This document shows, one piece after another, positions 45,901-53,995 of a DNA stretch of 64,000 bases. The notes beneath the pieces are model-generated. The model saw only the letters and a list, made by a program, of their open reading frames with translations, did no database searches and had not been told where the DNA came from. The position numbers were made by a program, and so were the translations under genes. Numbering within the stretch: position 1 is the first letter of the stretch; each line of letters opens with the position of its first letter. Source of the stretch: Anaeromyxobacteraceae bacterium (GTDB taxonomy: Bacteria; Myxococcota; Myxococcia; Myxococcales; Anaeromyxobacteraceae); NCBI GenBank assembly GCA_032654565.1, contig JAULAX010000013.1:1-64000 (forward strand), read 5' to 3'.

Positions 45901-46376
45901 GCGGCCCGGTCGGCGGCGGTGAGGTGGGGCCGCGGCACCGCCGCGAGGCCACCGGCGAAGCGGGCGCTCGACCGGCCGTCGGGGTTGGTGACCAGGACGT
46001 CGTAGACCCCGGGCTGGAGGGCGAGGGCCGGGACCACGTCGAACGACATCTCCTGGCCGCTGGTCCAGTGGACCAGGCTCGAGGCCGGGTCGGTCGGGGA
46101 GTCGGGCAGGGTGACCCGTCCGGTGGCCGCGGCGCCGGCCAGGTCGCTGGTGCGCTCGAGCGAGATGGCGGGGAGCACCAGCGCCGGGGTGGTGAGCGTC
46201 CCGGTCGACATGGGCGTGAAGCCGGTGCCGTGGAGGGTCACCCGGGTGGTGAGCTGCTCGGCGCAGACCAGGTCGGGCTGGACGGTCCCGGCCGTGACCG
46301 CCGGGCTGGAGACCCGCTGGCTGCAGCCGGAGGTCACGACGAGCAGCGTCACGACGGCGAAGGGATGGATGCGCAT
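42966..46376 (-). CDS. Large lipoprotein with several IPT/TIG-like domains and a C-terminal Kelch propeller
   Basis: Lipobox VTSGC; repeated L.G.GF / G.YD..V.NPDG modules; blades LYAIGG, LYLFGG, LYLGGG, LFTFGG, IFLVGG. Confidence 0.78.
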   Translation of the reverse strand: MRIHPFAVVTLLVVTSGCSQRVSSPAVTAGTVQPDLVCAEQLTTRVTLHGTGFTPMSTGTLTTPALVLPAISLERTSDLAGAAATGRVTLPDSPTDPASSLVHWTSGQEMSFDVVPALALQPGVYDVLVTNPDGRSSARFAGGLAAVPRPHLTAADRAALCDAQASQVLVLTGTGFLTVGGAVPTVRIGTFGNADFTSVVATGCTPLAHAFAEGAVSSCTGLIVTIPAGLLAAGDYPLVVTNPPPAGCSSSEVLSLHVEPPPLVTGTVPATLCQGGGTLAVSGSAFLPAATVALVSTTTNPTLNAASNLVNGGGTLITSTFGAGAVLAGRYDVVVDNHDGCTDAAPHQQVSIVTGPVAFFADPEVVFNGVATRVTIYVTTILWPATGSLGVKLVPHGLQAPVTSLVGIQVPGHPNRAQVVVPPGQAPGAYDLFVDDATGCPTVLPNAVTVTASTTVAVRSVTPSFGWTGASTGVTILRDTAAGAPNDHPFVATPRLFLNPVGATASDVAIQVQSVSWLNADTLTAVVPANQPARSYDLIVVNPDGTVGLLPAAFKVQAAPPPVITSATPQSLLANTTNPVVVAGSNFDAAATSVLTCRPAGSNTLTQLPVTLSGRTCTGASCSVTATIAVGAINGATCVLRLTNADGSWFDYSALGVTDIAGNLSTAAPGLNLAKGRRALVAAAGSATSAARFLYAIGGDGGVGSAATPFGDAEVASVDQFGRMGAWAPLPRSSLATPRAFAASATLGRYLYLFGGTDGTRALASGERAMILDPAEVPQLDVGDIVPAATGLDSGYWIYRVTTRFGASDPDNPSGESLPSDERIVKVPTFTGKKIQVQLTWTAPVDALGVPLPNVVGYDVYRTPTVNGTSGAAVLLQPLVAGTTYLDDGSAIPGTQQPLPLGALGRWSPLPPMGVARTGLAGAAGADPTTPGTSHLYALLGAPQATGTVGAPLASYEHLSVTLRANGHQAVGTAWTPGASAAPAARWQLGAWVADHTVAASIPVGTSYLYLGGGLSGGAFVQNVESGRIGAGGDLGPFVAQRPFTNGMAGYAPFTTAGALFTFGGEGAVPSSNMHSALISGAPPALLAGAWTSVGGVGLGAGRYLSGSAAQSAFIFLVGGEAPSGAADATTLTMVW

Positions 46377-46595
46377 GGCGGCTCCGGGTCCTGGCTGGAA
46401 CGACGGGACCGGTACCGAACGTCGGCCGGAACCCTCTGTCCTATGGCCTGTTCAAGGCAGACCCCGGAAGGGGTGAGGCGGCCACGGCTTCCTTCACAGG
46501 CCACCTGGCGTGGCGGCGTCGGGGGCGCTCCGGTCGCGCCGGCGCCGCCGTTGGTGCTGCTGGAGAAGCTTGGTATAGGTTCCGGCCAGCTTCCG

Positions 46596-47171
46596 ATGAA
46601 CATCGAGGCCCTCTACCATCTCGACGCCGCCCCGGCCGTCCAGCGCCTGCTCTGTTGCCAGGCGCTCGACCTGCCCATGGAGGCGCTGTCGACCATCGGT
46701 GAAGGGTGGTTCCTCGCCCTGATCGCCTTCGCGCTCGCCTGGAAGGTGAACCGTGAGCGGCAGGACGCCGTCCGCGCCGCGCTCCGCTTCCTGGTCATCC
46801 TCCTCGTGACCGGGGTGGTCGCGGCGGTGATCAAGCGGATCGTCCAGGCGCCCAGGCCCCTCCAGCTGCTCGGTGAGGGGCACGTCCGCGTCCTGCTCGA
46901 TCCGCTCCGGCAGATGTCCTTCCCCAGCGGCCACTCGGCCGCGGCGGCGGCGCTGGCGATGTGGGCCTGGCGCCAGCCCTCGCCGTCGGGGCGGCGGCTC
47001 TGGCCCTGGCTCCTCGCCTTCCTGTGCGGCCTCTCGCGGGTCTACGTCGGGGCCCACTGGGTGACCGACGTGGTGGGCGGCTGGTTGCTGGGCGTCGCCG
47101 TGGCGGCGGCCGTCGATCGCGCCTGGCCTCGACCCCAGGTGGCCCCCGCGGTGGGCCAAGGAGACCCGTGA
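46596..47171 (+). CDS. PAP2 family membrane phosphatase (LpxE/BcrC-like)
   Basis: K......RP (KRIVQAPRP), SFPSGH, SRVYVGAHW.TDV.GG. Confidence 0.9.
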   Translation: MNIEALYHLDAAPAVQRLLCCQALDLPMEALSTIGEGWFLALIAFALAWKVNRERQDAVRAALRFLVILLVTGVVAAVIKRIVQAPRPLQLLGEGHVRVLLDPLRQMSFPSGHSAAAAALAMWAWRQPSPSGRRLWPWLLAFLCGLSRVYVGAHWVTDVVGGWLLGVAVAAAVDRAWPRPQVAPAVGQGDP

Positions 47172-48814
47172 GATTCAAGACGACGCCGCTCCGCTACGCG
47201 CTCGCCATGGCGCTCTTCTTCCTGGTGGCGCTCAACTTCCCGTTCGCCCAGGCGCTCTTCGCCAGCATGGGCGGCCTGGGGCGAGGGAGCGTCGGCGACG
47301 CGCTCAAGGTCTTCGCGGCGCTCTACGCGCTGCTCTTCCTGCTCTTCTTCCTGACCGCGTGGAAGTGGATCACCAGGCCGCTGGCGTTCTTCCTGCTCCT
47401 GACCGCGGCCCCGGCCTCCAGCGCGGTCCTCAGCCTGGGCACGGAGTTCAGCCCGCTCATCATCCGCAGCGTGTTTCGGACCGACTTCGTCGAGGCCAGC
47501 GCGGTGCTCTCCTGGGGCTGGCTGGTCCACTTCCTGCTCCTCGGCGTCCTCCCCTGCGTCCTCCTCAGCCGGGTCACGGTGGAGCATCCGCCGCTGGGGC
47601 GCGCCCTGGTCCACAAGGGGCTGGCCGTCGTCGCCACCCTCCTGGCGGCGGCCGCGCTCTACTTCCCCAACCAGCTCTTCTTCAACTCCTTCGCCGACAA
47701 CGCCACCAACCACCGGCTCAAGCTGATGGTGGTCCCGTTCAACTACCTGGGGGCGCTGGGCGGCTTCCTCGGCGAGGAGCTGGAGGGGCTACGCCCGCGC
47801 CGCGACGGGAAGGCGGGCCCGTCCGGCCGGGTCACCTTCGACGCCAGCCGGGGTCCCCGGCTGGCCGGGTCGGGCAAGCGCACGGTGGTGGTGCTGGTCC
47901 TCGGCGAGTCGGCCCGGGCCCGGAGCTTCTCGCTCAACGGCTACGAGCGCGAGACCAACCCGCGGCTGCGCCGGCAAGGGGTGGTCAGCTTCACCCGCAC
48001 CTCCGCCTGCGCCACCGCCACGGCGCAGGCCGTGCCCTGCATCTTCTCCAGCTTCGGCGAGGAGGGCTTCAGCTACGGACGCGCCGAGGAGACCGACAAC
48101 CTCCTCGACGTGGCCAAGCGGGCCGGCTACCAGGTCACCTGGTACGAGAACGGGATGGGCGCGCAGGCGGTGAGCCGCCGCGTCACCGAGGTCAACCTGG
48201 GCTCCTACTACAAGGCCGAGCGCGACCGCGTCCTCATCGACCGGCTCCCCACCCGGGTCGAGCTGGTGAAGACCGGGAAGGACCAGCTCATGGTGCTCCA
48301 CCAGCGGGGGAGCCACGGCCCCGACTACGCGCAGCGCTACACCCCGGAGTTCCGCGTCTTCACGCCGGACTGCGACAGCGCGGTCCTGAAGTCCTGCACC
48401 CACGAGGCGGTGGTGAACGCCTACGACAACAGCATCCTCTACACCGACGCCAACCTCGACGACGCCATCGAGTACCTCAAGGGGCTCGGCGCCGACTTCA
48501 ACACCGCCCTGCTCTACACCTCGGACCACGGTGAGTCGACCGGCGAGGACGGCTGGTACATGCACGGCCTGCCCAAGTCCCTGGCGCCGGAGGACCAGGT
48601 CCGGGTGCCGTTCATCGCCTGGTTCTCCCCGGGGCTGCTGGCGGCGGAGCGGCTCGACGTCGAGTGCGTGAGGCTGCTTCGGGACCGGCCGTACTCACAC
48701 GACAACTTCTTCCACTCCGCCATCGGCCTCCTCGACATCCAGACCCCGGCGTACCTCGGCGCCCAGGACGTCTTCCGTTCCTGCCGGGCCGGCGAGCCCG
48801 CCCCGCGACCCTGA
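47168..48814 (+). CDS. eptA: Lipid A phosphoethanolamine transferase (EptA/MCR family)
   Basis: N-terminal TM domain; VLGESAR, GY.RETNP, C.TAT..AVPC (catalytic Thr), HQRGSHGP.Y, YDNSILYTD, SDHGES, YMHG; GTGA overlap with PAP2 gene. Confidence 0.9.
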   Translation: MRFKTTPLRYALAMALFFLVALNFPFAQALFASMGGLGRGSVGDALKVFAALYALLFLLFFLTAWKWITRPLAFFLLLTAAPASSAVLSLGTEFSPLIIRSVFRTDFVEASAVLSWGWLVHFLLLGVLPCVLLSRVTVEHPPLGRALVHKGLAVVATLLAAAALYFPNQLFFNSFADNATNHRLKLMVVPFNYLGALGGFLGEELEGLRPRRDGKAGPSGRVTFDASRGPRLAGSGKRTVVVLVLGESARARSFSLNGYERETNPRLRRQGVVSFTRTSACATATAQAVPCIFSSFGEEGFSYGRAEETDNLLDVAKRAGYQVTWYENGMGAQAVSRRVTEVNLGSYYKAERDRVLIDRLPTRVELVKTGKDQLMVLHQRGSHGPDYAQRYTPEFRVFTPDCDSAVLKSCTHEAVVNAYDNSILYTDANLDDAIEYLKGLGADFNTALLYTSDHGESTGEDGWYMHGLPKSLAPEDQVRVPFIAWFSPGLLAAERLDVECVRLLRDRPYSHDNFFHSAIGLLDIQTPAYLGAQDVFRSCRAGEPAPRP

Positions 48815-48886
48815 GCGTTCCGGGCGGGTCAGGCCGACGGGCCGGTTCGCCCGGGCCCGGCGACGAGTGACACAGGGACCACCACC

Positions 48887-51049
48887 CTACGGCAGCGCCC
48901 CGGTGAACGGGATCGCCACCACCCAGGGCTTCTGGGCCAGGGTGCTCCCCACCGTGACCGTCCCACCCCCGGGGCCGGCGGGGCCGGTCACGTAGACGTC
49001 GAAGCCGTTGCTCCGCAGGCTCATCGGCACGGCCGCGCCGGGGTCGAGCGCCCCGTACTGGAAGGGGGCGACCTTGGTATGGAGCGGCGTCCAGTCGGCG
49101 CCGGTGTAGTCGAGCAGCGGTCCGGGTGAGGCCGGTTCGTTGGAGAAGAGCAGGGCCGAGGTCCAGAGCGCGAAGGCCTGCGGGAAGGGGAGGCCGCTGG
49201 CCCGCTCCAGCAACCCCATGCCGGTCCCTTCGCCCTGGTAGAGCGCGGTGATGAAGGGGGTCCCGAGCCGGTCGGCCAGGTACTGGAAGAGGAACTGGAC
49301 GCCGCTGTAGTTGACGCCCTTCCCCTGCCAGGTGGTGAGCGACAGATCGTCGTAGCCCTCGGGGCCGCCGCGGTGAAAGATCTGGTTCCGGTAAATGAAG
49401 ACGAGCGGGGTGTGGAGCCCCTGCCCCACCAGGTCCTCCATCAGCGAGGCCCTCCCCTCGAGCATCCACCCGTCGTACCAGGCCGGCGCCTGCCAGGTGG
49501 CCGCGCGGCTCAAGTCCACGATGTGCTGGAACTCGTGGGGGAGGATGGTGCTGATGGCCTGGAACGCGTCGGCCCTGGAGAGGGGCAGGCCGTCGGCGTC
49601 CCCGAGGGCGGAGGGGTTGGTGATGAAGAAGGTCTCCCCGCCGTTGAAGTCGGCCGCCGTCCCGTCGTTGCAGGGGAGGGTGGTGTTGGCCGGCCCCGAT
49701 CCCTGCACGGTCCAGCCCCCCCAGACCGGTCCGAAGGCGTCGGTGAAGACGACGGTGGTCTTGCCGTTCCCGTCGAGGTCGTGCGGCGGCCCGGCGATGG
49801 CCACCACCCGCCGCTGGGTCTCCTCCCAGTCGGCGATGACGACGTCCCAGTCACCGGCGGTGAGGTCGGAGGCGATCCTGTCGTCGAGGTAGAAGTTGGC
49901 GGTGGTCGACTCCCTGGCCAGGTGGGCGGCCCGGGTCACGGAGCCGGTGAAGTTGCCGTTCACGTCCGCCGCCAGGACGCAGAAGTCCCGGGTGGCCAGC
50001 GGCGCGGCGACCGGTGCCAGGGCGGCGAGCGGCCCGGCGAATGATCCGCCCGCGGCCGAGGGACGGGCCGCAGAGGCACGGGGCGGGAGGCAGCGCACCC
50101 CGGGCGAGGCGGCCGAGGGGCGGGCGGCTGCGGGGCGGGCGGCTGCGGGGCTGGCGGCCGCGGGGCTGGCGGCTGCGGACGGGGGGCTGGCGACGGCGAG
50201 CTTCGCCGCCAGCGGGTAGGGCGCGGTGCCGGTCGCCTGGATGGTGGCCGGGGAGGGGTTGACCCAGGAGATGTTGAGCAGGAGGACCGCCAGCCGCTGA
50301 CCCTCGGCGACGTGGAGGTCGAGGGTGTTGCCGGTGAAGTCGACCGGCGGCCTGAGGCTGATCGGTCCGGTGGCCAGCGGGATGTCCTGCCGCGAACGGC
50401 GCGCCATCGCCGGCGTGAGCGCTCCGGCGGGCGACGAGGCCGGATCCATCGCCCAGGCCTCCAGCTCCACGACCGCCATCCCGGGGGCGGCGCCGGCGAA
50501 GGGCAGGACCAGCTCGGTGGCGCTGGTGGTCGCCGTGGCCAATTCCTGGTTGGCCACGCCGGTGGCGAAGCCGAGCGAGCGGAGCGTGGCCCGGTAGCGC
50601 ACCGCACCGGTGACCGGCGGCCAGCTCACCCGCACCTGGCCGGCCTCGAACACCGCCGTCCCGGCCGGCTGGGGAAGGAGCGCGTCGGGGTCGACCCGGC
50701 AGGTGAAGGCCTGTGGGCCGTGCCCCACGTCGGTCGTGAGCACCCAGGTGAAGTTGCCGTCGACCGAGAAGGCCGTGAGGTCGGGCCGGGGGATCAGGCA
50801 GACCCGCTGGCCCGCGGGGCAGGTGATGTTCCGGGCCACCCCGCCGCCGCTCACGGGGAGGGTCACGGCGGTGGCCGGCACCGGGTCGAGGGTCATGGCC
50901 AGGACCACGCCGATGGCCGCGCCGGCGTTGTAGCCGCCGCAGGTCATGGTGAGATCGTAGACCGGCGGGGGCGGAGGCGGCGCTGGCGTGCTGCCGCCGC
51001 AGCCGACGAGCAGGACCAGGAGGGCGGTTCCGGCGAGGCGTCGCGTCAT
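48887..51049 (-). CDS. Lipoprotein zinc metallopeptidase (gluzincin, M30-like)
   Basis: Lipobox LLVGC; HEFQH with downstream WMLEGRA..E; DLDGNGK; AGGAG SD before ATG 51049. Confidence 0.72.
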   Translation of the reverse strand: MTRRLAGTALLVLLVGCGGSTPAPPPPPPVYDLTMTCGGYNAGAAIGVVLAMTLDPVPATAVTLPVSGGGVARNITCPAGQRVCLIPRPDLTAFSVDGNFTWVLTTDVGHGPQAFTCRVDPDALLPQPAGTAVFEAGQVRVSWPPVTGAVRYRATLRSLGFATGVANQELATATTSATELVLPFAGAAPGMAVVELEAWAMDPASSPAGALTPAMARRSRQDIPLATGPISLRPPVDFTGNTLDLHVAEGQRLAVLLLNISWVNPSPATIQATGTAPYPLAAKLAVASPPSAAASPAAASPAAARPAAARPSAASPGVRCLPPRASAARPSAAGGSFAGPLAALAPVAAPLATRDFCVLAADVNGNFTGSVTRAAHLARESTTANFYLDDRIASDLTAGDWDVVIADWEETQRRVVAIAGPPHDLDGNGKTTVVFTDAFGPVWGGWTVQGSGPANTTLPCNDGTAADFNGGETFFITNPSALGDADGLPLSRADAFQAISTILPHEFQHIVDLSRAATWQAPAWYDGWMLEGRASLMEDLVGQGLHTPLVFIYRNQIFHRGGPEGYDDLSLTTWQGKGVNYSGVQFLFQYLADRLGTPFITALYQGEGTGMGLLERASGLPFPQAFALWTSALLFSNEPASPGPLLDYTGADWTPLHTKVAPFQYGALDPGAAVPMSLRSNGFDVYVTGPAGPGGGTVTVGSTLAQKPWVVAIPFTGALP
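50102..50176. repeat. In-frame 15-bp tandem repeat (about 5 copies; AAASP/AAARP linker)
   Basis: GGGGCGGGCGGCTGC x2, GGGGCTGGCGGCCGC, GGGGCTGGCGGCTGC, plus one degenerate copy. Confidence 0.8.
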
Positions 51050-51310
51050 GGCGTGCTCCTGTCGTCTGGTGAGTCGCTGGGCTGGCTTGGTCAATCTCGG
51101 GGCACCAGGAACGGGCACCCAATTGTACTGACTCGACGGCGGGCGACTTTGTGACCTTCGGTCATGCAGGACCAGTAGGACGCACTGTGCGCGTCCAGAT
51201 GTGGCATGGCAACGGCGAGTTGCCGCACCCTGAGTGTGTCCCCTGATGGGACACGGCGCGGCGCGGCAGGAGACTGGGTCTCGACAGGCGGTGCGGCGAT
51301 GAGGCCTGCA

Positions 51311-51327
51311 AAGGCGAACGGCCCGGC
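51311..51327 (+). repeat. 17-bp direct repeat, copy 1 (copy 2 at 53791-53807)
   Basis: AAGGCGAACGGCCCGGC is identical at both positions. Confidence 0.85.
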
Positions 51328-51433
51328 CCCTGGAGGGGAGTGGTGAAGTGGCCTGACAACTGGGAGCATTCACCGTTGTCTCGACGAGGGGGACACCACG
51401 GCCAGGAAGGGGACCAGCACGAGCCGCCGGAAG

Positions 51434-53758
51434 GTGCGGGTTCCCGCGGAGCGATACGGGGACCTCTTCGACTCATTGCCCCTTGGGGTGGTCTACCAGG
51501 ACGGGCAGGGGCGCATCACCTCGGCCAACCCGGCCGCCCAGCGGATCCTGGGACTCAGCCTGGACCAGCTGCAGGGCCGGACCAGCGTGGACCCGCGCTG
51601 GAGGGCGATCCGCGAGGACGGCTCCGACTTCCCTGGCGAGGAGCATCCCGCCATGGTCGCGCTCCGCTCCGGGGAGGTCCGGAGAGGCGTCCTCGGCGTC
51701 TTCAACCCGGAGTCGCGGCGCACCACCTGGATCAGCGTGAACGCGGTTCCCCAGCTCGATCCGTCGCAGGAGGAGGTCGCCGGGGTCTTCACCACCTTCG
51801 AGGACATCACCGATCGCAAGCTCGCCGAGGCGGACCTGCGGGAGGCGCAGGGCATCCTGCAGGCGGCGATGGACCAGAGCCCGGCAGGAATCGCCGTCGC
51901 GGAGGCGCCGTCGGGCAACCTGCGCTACGTCAACGACGCCGGGCTGCTCATCCGCGGGGGGACACGCGAGTCGGTGGTCAAGGGTGTCGGGATCGACCGC
52001 TACGTCGCCAGCTGGCAGCTCCTGGACCTGGACGGCACGCCGCTGGCGGCCGACGCGGTCCCGCTGGCCCGGGCCATCCGCTACGGGGAGGCCAACAGCC
52101 GCGAGTTCATCATCCGGCGCGCCCCGGACGACGACCGCATCGTGGTGGCCAGGGCCGCGCCCGTCAAAGATGCCGGGGGAAAGGTCACCTCCGCGGTCGT
52201 CGTGTTCCTGGACATCACCGAGTCGAGGAGGGCGGAGCAGGCCGTGACCCACTCCGAGGCCAAGTACCGGGGGCTCTTCGACTCCATGATGGACGGCTTC
52301 GTCCTGGTGGACATGGAGGGCCACATCCTCGAGTCCAACGAGGCGTACCGGAGCATGCTGGGGTACTCCGCCGAGGAGCTGAAGCGGAAGACCTACGTGG
52401 AGCTCACCCCGGAGCCATGGCACGCGTTCGAGGCGCGCCTCATCGCGGAGCAGGTCCTTCCGCGCGACTACTCGGACATCTACGAGAAGGAGTACCGGCG
52501 CAAGGACGGGACCGTCTTCCCGGTCGAGCTCCGGACCTTCCTGCTGAAGGAGGCCGGCGTCCCGGTGGCGATGTGGGCCATCGTCCGCGATGTCACGGCG
52601 ATACGCGCGCTCCAGGTCCAGCTGGTGCAGTCGCAGAAGCTGGAGAGCATCGGCCGGCTGGCTGGCGGGGTGGCCCACGACTTCAACAACATGCTGGGCG
52701 TGATCCTCGGGCACGCCGAGCTGGCCCTGGCCCAGGACGGCGCCGCGCAACCACTGCGTGACGACTTGCAGGAGATCCAGAAGGCGGCCAGGCGGTCCGC
52801 CGACCTGACCAAGCAGTTGCTCGCCTTTGCCCGGAAGCAGACGGTCTCACCGGTCCTCCTGGACCTCAACGCCACCGTGGCAAGCTCGCTCCAGCTGCTC
52901 CGTCGGATGGTGGGCGAGAACGTCGAGCTCCGCTGGAAGCCGGCCGACGAGCCCCTGCCGATCATGATGGACCCCTCGCAGGTCGACCAGCTCCTCACCA
53001 ACCTCTGCGTCAACGCCCGGGACTCGATCAAGGATGTCGGCGCCTTGACCATCGAGGCCGGAATCGTCCGGCTCGACGAGGACTACTGCAGGGCGCACCC
53101 CGAGGCGGCGCCGGGGGACTACGTGCGGCTGGTGGTGAGCGACACCGGCTGCGGCATGGACCGGGAGACGATGTCCCACCTCTTCGAGCCGTTCTTCACC
53201 ACCAAGGCCCGGGGCCAGGGGACGGGGTTGGGGCTCGCCACCATCCATGGCGTCGTGAAGCAGAACGGGGGCTTCATCAACGTCTACAGCGAGCCCGGCG
53301 CGGGGACCGCCTTCAGCATCTACCTTCCCCGCCACCGTGGGCGGGCCACGTCCACGGACCAGGAGGGGACCGCGGCACCGCCCGTGCGCGGGCACGAGAC
53401 CATCCTGCTGGTGGAGGACGAGCCCGCCATCCTGAGGGTGACGAAGCGGATGCTGGAGGGGCAGGGCTACGTCGTGCTCGCGGCCAGCACGCCTGGAGCG
53501 GCCATCCAGCTGGCCAGGGAGCACTCCGGCCGGATCCAGCTCCTCCTGACCGACGTGGTCATGCCGGAGATGAACGGCCGGACCCTGGCGAAGAACCTGC
53601 TCTCGATCAGCCCGGACCTGAAGAGCCTGTTCATGTCGGGCTACACCGCCGACGTCATCGCCCACCAGGGCGTGCTGGCCGAGGGCGTGAACTTCGTGCA
53701 GAAGCCCTTCTCCGCGCTGGACCTGGGGACGGCGGTGCGCAAGGCGCTCGACGGCTAG
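51434..53758 (+). CDS. Cytoplasmic hybrid histidine kinase (3 PAS, HisKA, HATPase, receiver; CckA-like)
   Basis: PAS/PAC repeats, GRLAGGVAHDFNN, NL.VNARD, DTG.GM, FEPFFTTK..G.GTGLGL, LLVEDE, TDVVMP, QKPF. Start uncertain. Confidence 0.92.
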   Translation: MRVPAERYGDLFDSLPLGVVYQDGQGRITSANPAAQRILGLSLDQLQGRTSVDPRWRAIREDGSDFPGEEHPAMVALRSGEVRRGVLGVFNPESRRTTWISVNAVPQLDPSQEEVAGVFTTFEDITDRKLAEADLREAQGILQAAMDQSPAGIAVAEAPSGNLRYVNDAGLLIRGGTRESVVKGVGIDRYVASWQLLDLDGTPLAADAVPLARAIRYGEANSREFIIRRAPDDDRIVVARAAPVKDAGGKVTSAVVVFLDITESRRAEQAVTHSEAKYRGLFDSMMDGFVLVDMEGHILESNEAYRSMLGYSAEELKRKTYVELTPEPWHAFEARLIAEQVLPRDYSDIYEKEYRRKDGTVFPVELRTFLLKEAGVPVAMWAIVRDVTAIRALQVQLVQSQKLESIGRLAGGVAHDFNNMLGVILGHAELALAQDGAAQPLRDDLQEIQKAARRSADLTKQLLAFARKQTVSPVLLDLNATVASSLQLLRRMVGENVELRWKPADEPLPIMMDPSQVDQLLTNLCVNARDSIKDVGALTIEAGIVRLDEDYCRAHPEAAPGDYVRLVVSDTGCGMDRETMSHLFEPFFTTKARGQGTGLGLATIHGVVKQNGGFINVYSEPGAGTAFSIYLPRHRGRATSTDQEGTAAPPVRGHETILLVEDEPAILRVTKRMLEGQGYVVLAASTPGAAIQLAREHSGRIQLLLTDVVMPEMNGRTLAKNLLSISPDLKSLFMSGYTADVIAHQGVLAEGVNFVQKPFSALDLGTAVRKALDG

Positions 53759-53790
53759 GGCAGGAGTTCCCGACGGCGATCCTCGCCCGG

Positions 53791-53826
53791 AAGGCGAACG
53801 GCCCGGCGAACCGAAGTTCGCCGGGC
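53791..53826 (-). terminator. Hairpin downstream of tRNA-Asn (terminator-like); includes repeat copy 2
   Basis: GCCCGGCGAAC-CGAA-GTTCGCCGGGC (UUCG loop on the minus strand); weak U-tract. Confidence 0.55.
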
Positions 53827-53835
53827 TGTCCAGTG

Positions 53836-53911
53836 TGGCTCCCCAGGCATGACTCGAACATGCGACCCGGTGATTAACAGTCACCTGCTCTGCCAACTGA
53901 GCTACTGGGGA
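53836..53911 (-). tRNA. tRNA-Asn(GTT), CCA encoded
   Basis: Reverse complement TCCCCAGTAGCTCAGTTGGCAGAGCAGGTGACTGTTAATCACCGGGTCGCATGTTCGAGTCATGCCTGGGGAGCCA. Confidence 0.97.
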
Positions 53912-53925
53912 AAGGCAGGGCGGGC

Positions 53926-53954
53926 AAGATAGAGAACCGGGTCGCCGGGGTCAA
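53926..53954 (-). promoter_or_regulatory. sigma70-type promoter of tRNA-Asn
   Basis: TTGACC-17-TATCTT on the minus strand, 14 nt before the tRNA. Confidence 0.7.
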
Positions 53955-53995
53955 GGGGGAACGCTCAGGAATCCAAGGCTATACTCGCCCCGCAC

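Noticed and set aside
51170..51226. Possible c-di-GMP-I (GEMM) riboswitch (GGACGCA...GAGTTGCCG)
   Set aside because: The upstream GGCAAAC/GNRA-loop element and GCAAAG junction are missing; only superficial similarity.
26400..53835. Duplicated tRNA-Asn 3' end (att site) or integrase defining a classical island
   Set aside because: I found no second TGGCTCCCCAGG copy and no recombinase or transposase ORF by eye.
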